Assembly: GCA_035193785.1 (NCBI GenBank)
Contig: CP136572.1
Span: 352,001-416,000 of the forward strand
From: Planktothrix sp. GU0601_MAG3
GTDB lineage: Bacteria > Cyanobacteriota > Cyanobacteriia > Cyanobacteriales > Microcoleaceae
Direction: 5' to 3'
Length of the DNA: 64,000 nt
Part shown: in pieces, positions 47,777-59,257 of the stretch
Position numbering within the stretch: the stretch's first letter is position 1
How the letters are laid out: each line of letters opens with the position of its first letter
The notes under the pieces: generated by a model
The model's input: only the letters and a program-made list of their open reading frames with translations
Databases searched by the model: none
What the model was told of the DNA's origin: nothing
Program-made: the position numbers and the translations under genes

Positions 47777-48617
47777 TTATGCTGAGTTTCCTTTCCCAAT
47801 AAATCTTCCAAAGAATTCTCGATATAAACCAGTGCTATCAACAACAACAAGATTCTTACGAGCGCGTGTAAGTGCAGCATAAATCAACTCATTGACCGAC
47901 CCTTGCTCCTCAATGCTATAAGTATTGCATATAATTAATACCAGAGTGTGTGCTTCCCATCCTTTGAATGAGTGAATAGTTGAAAGCTTAACGGTTCCAG
48001 CATTGGGCCAAAAGTGAAGTTTACGCCCTCGCCGGATGTTTTCTATATCCCTCTTAAATTCTCGATTATTTTCAGGATTTTCAACATCTTCCAGTCTATA
48101 TTTCTTCAAAAGATTTTTATATTCTTCTTCTGTCTCACCTGCATGAGTTGTACGTTCGTGCGCGACCTGCCGAAAGCGATATTCTAAAGCGCGGACTGTC
48201 TCATGTGTTGGAGCAAGAACTACTAAATCGTTTGGATGAATATCGAGTGCTAAAATTTCATCTCGTATGAGGTGGAAAATCTCTTCATCCATAATTCCTG
48301 GCTTTTCATAGTATTGAAGTTTTGCAGGTGTTTCAAAAAGGTTGCTCTGCACCACTTCTACATCGTCATCAAGTTGGTAACACCCCTTAAAATAGAAGTC
48401 TTGAAACGCTTGAGCAACAAGAAGTGTCGCTGTTTCCATCCGAAAAGACTCTTTCAATTACTAGATCAGGGCGATCGCCATTGAGAAACGGCTGAACATA
48501 AATTTCATAGTTATCATCAAGATGTCTGAGCAAGAATTCAAGCAGATGTCCCTCACCTGGCGTAAGAGGAACCCGGAAGTTATTAATATCTTTTAATGGT
48601 GGAAAACAATGTGCCAT
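47777..48617 (-). pseudogene. Internally deleted NERD-nuclease / UvrD-like helicase remnant
   Basis: NERD-type start (TPGE..LL..L....YEIYVQPFLNGDRPDLV) joined to a helicase C-terminus (STIHSFKGWE, IYAALTRAR); no Walker A. Confidence 0.6.
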
Positions 48618-48818
48618 ATATCTGTAAATAAATATACTCGATGATCATTATAAACCCCCTATTGGCATTTTACACGGATATAAACTGACAATGACTACGC
48701 TGCCACTGATAATATTTAGTGATTTTGTGGTGCTATTTTAGGAGCAGACTAGATAATATTTCCGTGTTTAAGCGGTTTCCGGTTCAAGGGATAACACCCT
48801 ACTGATCATAGTCGGTAT

Positions 48819-49391
48819 CTACCCACCCCGACTATATTTAACAGCTAGACGTTCTTCAAAACTCAAATAGGGCAGTTGATGTTCACTAAATATAAACTGT
48901 TTTTCTAAAGTTAATCCCAGTTTTTCCATCACTCGAATTGAGCCTTTATTCGCCAGTAATGCCCAAGCAATTACTCGTTTTACGCCCCATTCTAAAAACC
49001 CTTTATCTATGATAATTTCACAGGCTTCCGTTGCATATCCTTTCCCCCAACTATTATAAATCAACCGATATCCTAACGCAATTTCATCGGGTTGCACCAG
49101 ATTTAACGCTACGGCAAAAGGATGATCAACGGCGGGAAAAAAATGTACCCAACCAATCAACTCTCCGGTTGTTTTTTCAATAACAGCCCAAACCCCAAAA
49201 TATGAATATCTGCTATAATATTCCATAAATCTCGGTAATGTTTGAGTCTGAATAACTTCTTTGGGTGTGGGATGTCCACCGTTAATATATTTCATCACCC
49301 TGGGGTCGTTATCTAAATTCCATAAAAAATCAGTATCCAGTTCAGTAAACCGTCGTAAGATTAACCGTTTCGTTTCTAAAAAAATATCCAT
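48819..49391 (-). CDS. GNAT (RimJ/RimL-like) acetyltransferase
   Basis: LETKRLILR, WGKGYATEA, NKGSIRVMEKLG. Confidence 0.88.
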   Translation of the reverse strand: MDIFLETKRLILRRFTELDTDFLWNLDNDPRVMKYINGGHPTPKEVIQTQTLPRFMEYYSRYSYFGVWAVIEKTTGELIGWVHFFPAVDHPFAVALNLVQPDEIALGYRLIYNSWGKGYATEACEIIIDKGFLEWGVKRVIAWALLANKGSIRVMEKLGLTLEKQFIFSEHQLPYLSFEERLAVKYSRGG

Positions 49392-49406
49392 TTTTAGGGT
49401 AACTCC

Positions 49407-50162
49407 ATGCAAACTAAAATCCAAGATATCAAAGATTACACCCAACGCAATACTGCGATCGCAATTCAAAATTTAGATCATTATTTTGGTACAGGGCAAT
49501 TGCAAAAACAGGTGTTATATGATATTAGTTTAGAGATTGCCATCGGTGAAATTGTGATTATGACTGGCCCCTCTGGTTCAGGAAAAACTACATTATTAAC
49601 CTTAATTGGGGCGTTACGTTCTGTACAGTCTGGAAGTTTAAATATATTAGGACGAGAACTCCATGGTGCGCGTTCAGGAGAGTTAGTTAAAGCCCGACGA
49701 AATACAGGTTATATTTTCCAAGCTCATAATTTACATCGGAGCTTAACGACCTTACAAAATGTGCAAATGGGATTAGAAGTTCAGGGTAAATTTTCTCGTT
49801 CAGAAATGCAGCAAAAAGCCACGGCAATGTTAGAAAAAGTTGGGTTAGGAAATCGCTTAAATTATTATCCTGATAATCTATCGGGAGGACAAAAACAACG
49901 GGTGGCGATCGCCCGGGCATTAGTTAGTCATCCCCCCATTGTATTAGCCGACGAACCCACCGCCGCCCTTGATAGTCATTCCGGGAGAGATGTGGTTAAT
50001 TTGATGCAAACCTTAGCCAAAGAACAGGGTTGTACTATTTTAATTGTTACCCATGATAACCGAATTTTAGACGTGGCTGATCGAATTATTCACATGGAAG
50101 ATGGCGCATTAATAACTAATTATGAACTGACACCAAACAACAAGTTTAAATCAAACACTTAA
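49407..50162 (+). CDS. devA: DevA-like ABC exporter ATPase
   Basis: GPSGSGKTT, LSGGQKQRVAIARAL, LADEPT, VTHDNRI. Confidence 0.88.
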   Translation: MQTKIQDIKDYTQRNTAIAIQNLDHYFGTGQLQKQVLYDISLEIAIGEIVIMTGPSGSGKTTLLTLIGALRSVQSGSLNILGRELHGARSGELVKARRNTGYIFQAHNLHRSLTTLQNVQMGLEVQGKFSRSEMQQKATAMLEKVGLGNRLNYYPDNLSGGQKQRVAIARALVSHPPIVLADEPTAALDSHSGRDVVNLMQTLAKEQGCTILIVTHDNRILDVADRIIHMEDGALITNYELTPNNKFKSNT

Positions 50163-50220
50163 TGTGAATTAATTCAATAAATGATTGATTTTTTAGGATT
50201 AGAAAGTGAATCAAATTAAA

Positions 50221-50985
50221 TTAAGAACAAGCCCAACTAAAGGTTAAAATATGCTTATGTTCAGGACATTGGGTAATATGTCCGCAACCCATATCTCCAA
50301 ACATAATCGGTAAGTTATCATCGGAATCTATTTGAAAGACGAATTGCATTCTCCGTTGACATTCTGGACAGTTGGGATATTCTATATCTTGAACCCAATC
50401 GGGATAACCGGATAATTTATCTCCTATTACCACCATTGAAAATAGATCATCTTCAATTTCAGAATCAGCCGGGATATCAATAACTATTCCAAAATCAGGA
50501 CATTCAATTCTGATCAATTCCTCTGTATAATAATCATTAAAAATTAATCCCCATTCTTCAAATTCAACCCCATCGGGATAATCTGCTAATGGCTTCCATC
50601 CGATAATAGTTTTCGCAGGTAATTTATCCTGATCATAATTTACAGTAGAAATATATTGATTTGGTTCTACAATTCTGACTAATTTGTTATCTTCAAACGG
50701 AGCATAACTACTACAATTTAAACAGTAGAATAGTTGTAATAATCCGTGACCGAATTGACCGGAAAGCTCTGGCGGAATTTCGTTTAAATTCAGTTGTAAT
50801 AGCAACGCCATCGGGGTTTGACAGCATCCACAAATCGGGTAAGATTCCCGTTTATCTAACCAAGGTTGTCCCGAAAATTTAGAAGCGGTAACCCCACCAT
50901 CGCCGTCTTCAACTATTGGTTTCCAAGTTAACCTTTTATGGGCATCTCGCCAAGGTTGGAGTTGTTCCAGAATATCTGATCTCAT
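50221..50985 (-). CDS. DUF1963/YwqG-family protein
   Basis: SKFSGQP, GLLQLFYC, KLSGYPDWVQ, FQIDSD..MFGDMG. Confidence 0.78.
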   Translation of the reverse strand: MRSDILEQLQPWRDAHKRLTWKPIVEDGDGGVTASKFSGQPWLDKRESYPICGCCQTPMALLLQLNLNEIPPELSGQFGHGLLQLFYCLNCSSYAPFEDNKLVRIVEPNQYISTVNYDQDKLPAKTIIGWKPLADYPDGVEFEEWGLIFNDYYTEELIRIECPDFGIVIDIPADSEIEDDLFSMVVIGDKLSGYPDWVQDIEYPNCPECQRRMQFVFQIDSDDNLPIMFGDMGCGHITQCPEHKHILTFSWACS

Positions 50986-50992
50986 TTTATTT

Positions 50993-51379
50993 TTATCCTC
51001 CAGAACAGGATTTTAATACCCAACCGATGACAATTCCTAACCCGCCAAAACGAACCGCCTGCCAAAAAGGTTCCTTAAAAGTCCCCCAAGTCACCAAACG
51101 ACTTTCTAAATTAAATTCTATAGTTTCTAACTGTGTTTTTAACTGGTTTAATTCGTCTTTCAATTGTTGCGATTTCGTTTGACGAATTTGAGGAATAACT
51201 TCATCAATACGGTTTTTTAATTCTATTTGGCGTTGTTCGTCCCGTTGAATTTGGGCTAATCTAGCTTTAAGATCGATCAGAGATTGTTCCACCTCGATTA
51301 ACCCCTGTTCAATAGCTTGAGTCCCATCCTGATCAGAATTATTCGTTGATGGTGGTTGAGATGATGATTGACTTGCCAT
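50993..51379 (-). CDS. Conserved cyanobacterial coiled-coil protein with a C-terminal membrane anchor
   Basis: LESRL...FWQAVRFGGLGIVIGW. Confidence 0.65.
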   Translation of the reverse strand: MASQSSSQPPSTNNSDQDGTQAIEQGLIEVEQSLIDLKARLAQIQRDEQRQIELKNRIDEVIPQIRQTKSQQLKDELNQLKTQLETIEFNLESRLVTWGTFKEPFWQAVRFGGLGIVIGWVLKSCSGG

Positions 51380-51423
51380 AATAATAAAAGACCGAATTCA
51401 CCCCGCAATTAAAATTATCATTT

Positions 51424-51747
51424 ATGACCAATATCAATTCCACAACTTCCGACCTTTCTAACCATAATATCAGTCCCCGCACTGCTAACCTCAGCGAGTA
51501 TAGCACATTAGAACTCGCCCAAGCCCTGTCGGAACGGTTAGCCATTCCTGAACGAGACTGGCACCGCCTCAAGTCCGACCGCAATGCCCGCGCTGGGGAA
51601 CATTTGGCCGCGGCTTTAGTATTTTTGCTCAAGAATCAGCCCAAGGAAGTCATTCCTCGGTTAAATCAAGCGGTGAGTTGGTTAGAAAGACTAATTTCTG
51701 CTCCTCCTTGTCCTACCCATGGCACAACTAAAAAAAACAAGTCATAA
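51424..51747 (+). CDS. Conserved cyanobacterial hypothetical protein
   Basis: ELAQAL.ERLAI..RDWHRLK...PPCPTHG. Confidence 0.65.
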   Translation: MTNINSTTSDLSNHNISPRTANLSEYSTLELAQALSERLAIPERDWHRLKSDRNARAGEHLAAALVFLLKNQPKEVIPRLNQAVSWLERLISAPPCPTHGTTKKNKS

Positions 51748-51886
51748 CTATCGGAAATCAACCCTAAATTTGGGAGTTGGAATCGAGCAGTTTAGTAGGA
51801 TAAAATGAGAGATATAATCTTAACTGATAGCCGATCAACTCCCCATCAAACAGGTATTTTTGACTGATTTTAATGGATCAAAACCA

Positions 51887-52360
51887 TTACCAATCCCCTA
51901 GTCTATAAGAGGTTGCCACTTTCTTACATAACGTCAGTTCTGTTCCGGTTCGATTCCATTGCACACGATCAAAGACTTGATGGAGAATGTACAAACCTCG
52001 TCCACATTCATGTTCATCATGGGGTAAATTGGAGTCGTGGGTTTCTTGTTCGCCATCTTCCTCCCCAAGCAATTGACATTGACAAGGAGGTTTAAAACCA
52101 CCGCCCTGATCTGATATAATCCACCAACAATAATCTTGAATCAGACAAAAACGGACGACTACTGTTTTACTGGGGTCTAGCTTATTGCCGTGCTTGGCGG
52201 CATTGACAAGGGCTTCTTGTAGTCCCAGACGAATTTCGGCTTGCAACGGATCTGGAATTTCAGACAGAAGCAAGTCCAAAACCGGACAGAGATACAACGT
52301 GGAAGCAAAGCTAATTGTGACCCAGTTTCGTTTAACCGGACGCGATGTTAAAGCAATCAC
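51887..52360 (-). CDS. pmgA: Anti-sigma-factor-like HATPase, PmgA homolog
   Basis: ISFASTLYLCP, LGLQEALVNAAKHGN, ISDQG, GRGL. Confidence 0.82.
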   Translation of the reverse strand: MIALTSRPVKRNWVTISFASTLYLCPVLDLLLSEIPDPLQAEIRLGLQEALVNAAKHGNKLDPSKTVVVRFCLIQDYCWWIISDQGGGFKPPCQCQLLGEEDGEQETHDSNLPHDEHECGRGLYILHQVFDRVQWNRTGTELTLCKKVATSYRLGDW

Positions 52361-52771
52361 ACGGAAAACTCCCTGGCAACGTGGTGGATAAACCTCACAC
52401 CCTGTATAGTTATAAATTCTCTCCTACTCTGGAACTTAACTTTGGTGGGTGAGCGTGAGTATCCGTTCATTCATTAGATTACCAAAAGAATAGGAAAAAA
52501 CACAATTAATTTTGAAAAATAGTGTATTTTTATGTATTACAACTGAAATATAAACAATCTCAACCTTCGAGAAATCAAGGAATTTTGCAGAAAACAAGCC
52601 AAGAGGAGACTTAGATTTGACTTTTGATCCCGATGACAAAATCAACTTTTTTGATTTATCCTAATGGATGAAAGTTAGTAGCTACCGATACAAAAGATCA
52701 AATTACCCTTGATTCTTCTAATACTTATGTTAATATTATTAATGTAACTTAACATTCTTTAATAAAACTAC

Positions 52772-53674
52772 ATGATAACCCCCCCAGCGATTACCCCGGA
52801 AGTGATCCTAGGACAATATTGGCAGTGGCGGGATCAGTCGATTTACTATGTCCGTGCAGGTGAAGGTGAAGGTCATCCCCAGCGCCCACCCTTGCTTCTG
52901 GTGCATGGGTTTGGAGCATCTACTGACCACTGGCGGAAAAATATACAGGGGTTACAATCGGATTTTGAGGTCTGGGCGATTGATTTATTAGGGTTTGGTC
53001 GGTCTGCAAAACCCCAGGAACAGTATAGTGGTCAACTGTGGCGGGATCAACTCCATGACTTCATTACAGAAGTTATTGGTCAACCCGTGATTTTAGCCGG
53101 AAATTCTTTAGGGGGGTATGCCTGTTTATGTGTTGCCGCCCAATGTCCATCGACGGCTAAAGGGGTGATTTTGTTGAATAGTGCCGGGCCATTTACAGAA
53201 ACCGAACCCCGTCCCGAACCCCCCCTGCGGAAAAAAGCCGTTTCTGCTACCACGCGATCGCTTTTCCGTCAAGATTGGGTGAGTTTTCTCATTTTCCAAT
53301 GGACAAGACGCCGTTCAATTATTCGCAAAACCCTGCTGAAAGTCTATCTTAATCCCAATGCAGTTACCGATCAATTAGTCGAAGAAATCTATCGTCCGTC
53401 CTGTGATCCGGGTGCGGTGCAGGTGTTTGCCTCGGTATTCAAAAGTCCCCAAGGGGAAAAAGTCGATGTATTATTAAATCAGTTAACCGTTCCTCTATTA
53501 TTAATTTGGGGAGAAGGAGATCCCTGGATGAAATGTCAAGAACGAAGTCGCAAGTTTCACCAATATTATCCCCAGTTACAGGAATATTTTCTGAGTGCGG
53601 GTCATTGTCCCCATGATGAAGTTCCCGAACAGGTTAATAATATTATTCGGGCTTGGGTTTTAGAACAGGTGTAA
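52772..53674 (+). CDS. Alpha/beta fold hydrolase
   Basis: LVHGFGAS, GNSLGG, AGHCPHDE. Confidence 0.88.
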   Translation: MITPPAITPEVILGQYWQWRDQSIYYVRAGEGEGHPQRPPLLLVHGFGASTDHWRKNIQGLQSDFEVWAIDLLGFGRSAKPQEQYSGQLWRDQLHDFITEVIGQPVILAGNSLGGYACLCVAAQCPSTAKGVILLNSAGPFTETEPRPEPPLRKKAVSATTRSLFRQDWVSFLIFQWTRRRSIIRKTLLKVYLNPNAVTDQLVEEIYRPSCDPGAVQVFASVFKSPQGEKVDVLLNQLTVPLLLIWGEGDPWMKCQERSRKFHQYYPQLQEYFLSAGHCPHDEVPEQVNNIIRAWVLEQV

Positions 53675-53896
53675 GCTACCTTTTTGAAACTAAACTATAT
53701 TAGCTAGTGAGCGAGGACACTCACGCTGCTAATTATGATTTTAAAATTAAATACTCAAAGTCCCCCTTTTTTAAGGGGGATTTAGGGGGATCATATCTGT
53801 GGAATAATCATAGATTTTTGGCAACTTTTAACACCAAGATGCGATGAATTGCAACAACGGTTTAATAATATTGATGCGATGAATTGCAACAACGGT

Positions 53897-54199
53897 TTAA
53901 TAATATTGATATCGGGGATGAATGCGGGGGTTGAGTTTATCTTGGACGGGTTCGCCTTGTTTGAGGTGTTGTTCAACTATTAGGGGAACATCTTCGGGTT
54001 TAACCCGATAATACCAAATTTCATCGGGAATGACCCGCACCGTCGGGCCAGTATTACATTGACCCAGACAACTACTCGCCTCTATGGTGACTCCCTCAAT
54101 ATTACAATTTTGGAAAGCTTCGAGAACTTTACTAGACCCTTGAAGTTGACAAGACTGATGTTGACAAATTAACACAGAACGAGGGGATTGAGTTGACAT
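53897..54199 (-). CDS. Thioredoxin-like [2Fe-2S] ferredoxin
   Basis: ICQHQSC, CLGQCNTGP, WY.RV. Confidence 0.85.
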   Translation of the reverse strand: MSTQSPRSVLICQHQSCQLQGSSKVLEAFQNCNIEGVTIEASSCLGQCNTGPTVRVIPDEIWYYRVKPEDVPLIVEQHLKQGEPVQDKLNPRIHPRYQYY

Positions 54200-54356
54200 A
54201 AAGGATTAATAATTGTAATGGAGCAATCTACAGATATTTGATGGAAATTTCAGGCTAACCATTAATTCTTTCCCTAATTTAACTTAAAAATAGGATAGTT
54301 TCCTGGGTGTGCGTTGCTGATATACCCGACAAAAAACTGCCCTAGCAGATGCTAAA

Positions 54357-54428
54357 GTAGGGGCGAATGGCCATTCGCCCCTACCGTCGATAGCATTCGC
54401 CCCTACCGTCGATAGCATTCGCCCCTAC
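54357..54428. repeat. REP-like palindrome followed by 22-bp tandem duplications
   Basis: GTAGGGGCGAATGGCCATTCGCCCCTAC followed by CGTCGATAGCATTCGCCCCTAC x2. Confidence 0.75.
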
Positions 54429-54442
54429 CCCTGCTATAGCAC

Positions 54443-56873
54443 TTAAAGCGATGCTTCCATCTGAGCAATATCCAAAGTTGTCCTCAACACCGAATCAGGA
54501 TTTAAACTGATGGAATCTATCCCCAATTCCACTAAGAAACGAGCAAATTCAGGATAATCACTGGGTGCTTGACCACAAATTCCAATCTTCCGATTGTATT
54601 CTTTAACCGTAGTAATTGCCATTTCAATCATCCGTTTCACTGCTTCATTCCGTTCGTCAAAAATATGGGCAACTAAGGCAGAATCCCGATCTAATCCTAA
54701 CGTTAATTGGGTTAAATCATTCGATCCAATTGAGAATCCATCAAACACCTGACAAAACTCGTCAGCCATCAAAACATTACTGGGTAATTCACACATCACA
54801 TAGACTTGTAACCCATCTTGACCACGAACTAACCCATGTTTTGCCATTTCTGCTAAGACTTTTTTCCCTTCCTCCGGTGTCCGACAAAAAGGAATCATTG
54901 GGATCACATTTGCCAATCCCATTTCATTTCTGACCCGTTTTAATGCCTGACATTCTAAGGCAAAAGCCTCTTGATATTTCGGGTCATAATATCGGGAAGC
55001 TCCCCGCCAACCAATCATGGGATTTTCTTCCGTGGGTTCAAATTGCCGACCCCCCAATAAATTCGCGTATTCATTACTCTTAAAATCGCTCATCCGCACG
55101 ACAACAGGATTCGGATAAAACGCCGCCGCAATCATACTAATTCCCTGGGCGAGTTTATCGACAAAGAAATCCGGTTTATGATCATATTGTTCGGTTAATT
55201 TGGCGATTTGTTGTTTAACGGTTTGATCCTCTAATTGATCAAAATGAATTAACGCTAAGGGGTGAGTTTGGATATGATTGGCGATAATAAATTCTAACCG
55301 CGCTAACCCGACACCATCATTGGGAATGGCAGATAATTTAAACGCTTCTTCCGGGTTTCCCACATTCATCATAATTTTAGTCTGGGTTTTGGGAAGATGC
55401 TCTAAAACCGTTTCTTCCACCACAAAAGGAAACTAACCCTTGATAGACTTTTCCTTCTTCTCCTTCCGCACAGGAAACCGTAATTTGATCGCCAGTATTT
55501 AGGATTTCTGTGGCATTAATTGACCCTACAATTGCCGGGATTCCTAACTCCCGCGCAATAATCGCCGCGTGACAAGTTCTGCCCCCAGAGTTAGTAATAA
55601 TTGCACTAGCTTTTTTCATAATCGGTTCCCAGTCGGGGTCAGTGCGATGGGTAACTAATACATCCCCAGATTGAAACTGATCCATGTTTTTAACATTAGT
55701 CATAATACGGGCTTTCCCCTGTCCAATTTTGTCCCCAACTGCCCGACCCGTAACCAATACCCGACCTTTACCTTGCAATTTATAATTCTCTAATACCCGA
55801 CCTGTTTTTTGAGATTGTACGGTTTCCGGGCGAGCTTGAACAATAAATAGTTCTCCGGTTAAGCCATCCTTTGCCCACTCAATATCCATCGGCGAATAAC
55901 ATTGTCGCACCTGGGAATAGTGATCCTCAATCATCACTGTCCATTGGGCTAATTTAAGAATTTCATCTTCCGAGAGGGCGTATTTTTTCTGTTCAGAAAT
56001 CGGAACATTAACATTTTTGGTAGTTTGTCCCATTTCATAGACCATTTTAATCGCTTTTGTCCCTAAGCGTTTCTCTAAAATAGGTTTAAATCCTTCCCGC
56101 AAGGTGGGTTTAAAAACCAAATATTCATCGGGATTAACTGTCCCTTGAACAACGGTTTCTCCTAACCCGTAAGCCGCTGTAATTAAGGCAGCATTTTTAA
56201 ATCCAGTTTCCGTATCAATGGAGAACATTACCCCCGATGTGGCTAGGTCAGAACGTACCATTTTTTGAATGCCCACGGAGAGGGCAATATTCAGATGATC
56301 AAATCCTTTTAAAGCCCGATAGGAGATGGCGCGATCGGTAAAAATAGAGGCGAAACATTGACGGGTTGCATCTAATACAGCTTTACCACCTTTAATATTT
56401 AAGTAGGTTTCTTGTTGTCCGGCAAAACTGGCATCGGGTAAGTCTTCGGCGGTGGCGGAAGACCGCACAGCCACGTCGGTATTTTGACCGTAGCGATCGC
56501 CAAGTTTTTGATAGGCGGATAGGATTTCGGTTTCTAATTTTGGGGGAAATAATGTATTTAAAATTAGCGATCGCGCCCGTTGACCACAATCACGCAGATT
56601 TTTCAGATCTTCGACATCTAACTTGGCAAATAATTCTCGGAGTTGTTGTTCTAAATTAGCATAGGTGATAAAATACCAATAGGCGTAGGCTGTAATTGCA
56701 AATCCTTGAGGAATATTAATGCCTTTGGGTTGTAATTGTTGAATCATTTCCCCCAAGGAAGCATTTTTTCCTCCCACTAAACCAATATCTTTAATTCCCA
56801 CTTGATCAAACCAGAGAATTAAGGCTTGTTCTTTAGATTGGGATAGGGGTTTAAACGGTAAAGTTTTTAACAT
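54443..56873 (-). CDS. ppsA: Phosphoenolpyruvate synthase (frameshift near 55430)
   Basis: GGKNASLGEM, AVRSSATAED, GGRTCHAAI, EENPMIGWRG, ICGQAPSD. Confidence 0.95.
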
Positions 56874-57246
56874 GGTTTAAATCTCTCCAAACACAACTGA
56901 CTATCTAATGCTTAGATAGGGTTTGTATACTTTTGTTGCAAAATAAGTATGTTGAGGGAAAAGGTTGTTTTTTCTGTCTTTCCACAGAGTTAACGTTTCC
57001 TCCAAAATATGAAAATCCTTGATCCCCAATATTTAAACGTCGAGTTTTATTTTGTTATAGTTGGAGAGCAGGGGGTGACTGACTCAATTCCTGGCGTTTA
57101 ATTGTTCCTACTTTTATCTTATTTCGTCTGTGGGAAATCGACATCCCCCTTGGTAAAATAGTCTTAGTTACTTAAAGGAAAGAATGGCGACCCATAGGCT
57201 TCTGAGAGATATTTTAAGAAACATTAAGTTTTTTTAGGAGGCGCGA

Positions 57247-57640
57247 ATGAAAGTTAAGGAATGTTACAAAACCACGGAGATCTGGGAAAGCAACCAATGT
57301 CTGGACGCCATTTGTCCCATTGAGTTCATCCTGGAGTTAATCGGAAACTAAATGGTCAATCTCCATCCTGCGGGAGTTATTTCGGGGACATCAACGCACC
57401 CATGAATTATTAGAAGCGTTACCCGGAATTAGCACTAAAACCCTGACCATCCGGTTGCGGGAATTAGAAAAACATGGGTTAATTCTCCGCACGGTTTATG
57501 CTGAAATTCCTCCACGGGTGGAATATTGTCTAACCGATAAGGGAAGGGAACTACAACCAATTTTAGTCGCCTTAAAACAGGTGGGAGAACGATGGTTAAA
57601 GGATAGTCACTGTGTTTGTCCCTTAGAACTCGGTGTCTAG
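57247..57640 (+). CDS. HxlR-family winged-helix regulator (frameshift near 57345)
   Basis: CPIEFILELIG.KWSISILREL, GISTKTL, EIPPRVEY.LT. Confidence 0.85.
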
Positions 57641-57722
57641 GGAATTACGAATTACGAATTACGAATTACGAAAGCAAACTGTTCCGGTGTTCCCTCCCAT
57701 ATTACTTATCAACGTAAAATTC

Positions 57723-57738
57723 TGTAACAATTATTACA
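57723..57738. promoter_or_regulatory. NtcA-type box TGTA-N8-TACA upstream of gdhA
   Basis: TGTAACAATTATTACA. Confidence 0.55.
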
Positions 57739-57823
57739 AATTTAACCTTTTCTTCGGGATCACAGGTTAGGCTAAAGATAGGAAAACAAATTCAACTATC
57801 TGATCTCAATAGGAGGTCTGCAA

Positions 57824-59114
57824 ATGGTATCCTCTCCCGTCAGAATTAATCCCGCACCGACTCCAGCCTATATTTGTCCCTACGATCGCACCTGTAGCTA
57901 TTTGGGACAAGCCGCGGTTGAATTGGATCTCGATGACAATGTGCTGGTGGTGTTACAACAACCCCGCAAAGTGATCACCGTCTCAATTCCCGTCAAACTG
58001 GATAATGGCAAAGTTGAGGTGTTAGCCGGACATCGTGTGCAGCATTGCGATGTACTTGGCCCCTATAAAGGCGGTTTGCGCTATCATCCTTCGGTGAACC
58101 TAGGGGAAACTCTCCGCCCTAGCGATGTTAATGACCTGGAAATGCGCTTTATTGGGAATTCCCTACGGGGGTGCTAAGGGTGGCATTGGCTTTGACCCCC
58201 ATCAATATAGTGTTAATGAATTAGAACGGATCACCCGTCGCTACGCGAGTGAACTGGTCAAAGATATTGGGCCAGAAACCGACATTCCTGCGCCCGATGT
58301 GGGAACTTCTGCTCGAGAAATGGCTTGGATTATGGATACCTATTCGATGAATATGGGAAGGGCGGTGCTGGGGGTGGTGACTGGAAAACCTCTATCTATT
58401 GGGGGGTCGAAAGGACGGGAAATGGCAACCGGACGGGGTGTAATGATTACCGTGCGTGAAGCCTTGGCCGAACAGGGCAAATCCCTCGAAGGTACAGCCA
58501 TTGTGATTCAGGGTTTCGGAAAAGTCGGGGCGGCGGCGGCGCAATTGTTTTATGAAGCCGGGGCGATGGTTTTAGCGGTTTCTAATGTCCATGGTGGGAT
58601 TTATTCCGAAAATGGCTTAGATATTCCCGCCCTGCAAGCCTACGCAACTCGAAACAATCATGATATTACGGGATTTCCCGATAGTGAACCGATTAGCAAT
58701 ACCGAATTATTAACATTAGCTTGTGATGTGTTAATTCCAGCGGCTATGGAAGATCAAATTACCGAAGAAAATGCCGATCAAATCAAGGCGAAAATGATCG
58801 CCGAAGCTGCTAATGCCCCGATTACATTATTAGCAGATCAAATGTTAGAAGCCCGGGGAGTTATGGTTTTACCCGATATTCTCGCCAATGCGGGCGGCGT
58901 GGTCGTCAGTTATTGGGAATGGGTACAAGGTCAATCCTTTGTCTTCTGGGACGAAGAACGGGTGAATCAGGAGATGGAATACCTGATGGTACAGGCCTAT
59001 GCTCGGGTGAGTGGACTAGCCAAACAACAGGGGGTTTCCATGCGATTAGCTGCCTATACTTTAGGCGTCGGTCGAGTGGCTCAAGCCTTAAAAGATCGGG
59101 GTTTGTATCCGTAA
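57824..59114 (+). CDS. gdhA: Glutamate dehydrogenase (frameshift near 58110)
   Basis: GPYKGGLRYHP, GGAKGG, PAPDVGT, QGFGKVG, PDILANAGGV. Confidence 0.92.
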
Positions 59115-59257
59115 ATTGGAACAGAAAAGAAAAAGAGGAAGTTGGTGAGAGATCCCTAACTTTCTCTGATCCATGAAATGAGAAATCCGAAATTTTACCG
59201 CCCACCTACTGAATGGGGATTAAAATAAACCATGAATGTTAATAATCAATAGCAATC

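Noticed and set aside
53838..53907. 35-bp tandem duplication at the ferredoxin 3' end, possible mini-CRISPR
   Set aside because: Two adjacent copies with no spacer; a simple duplication.
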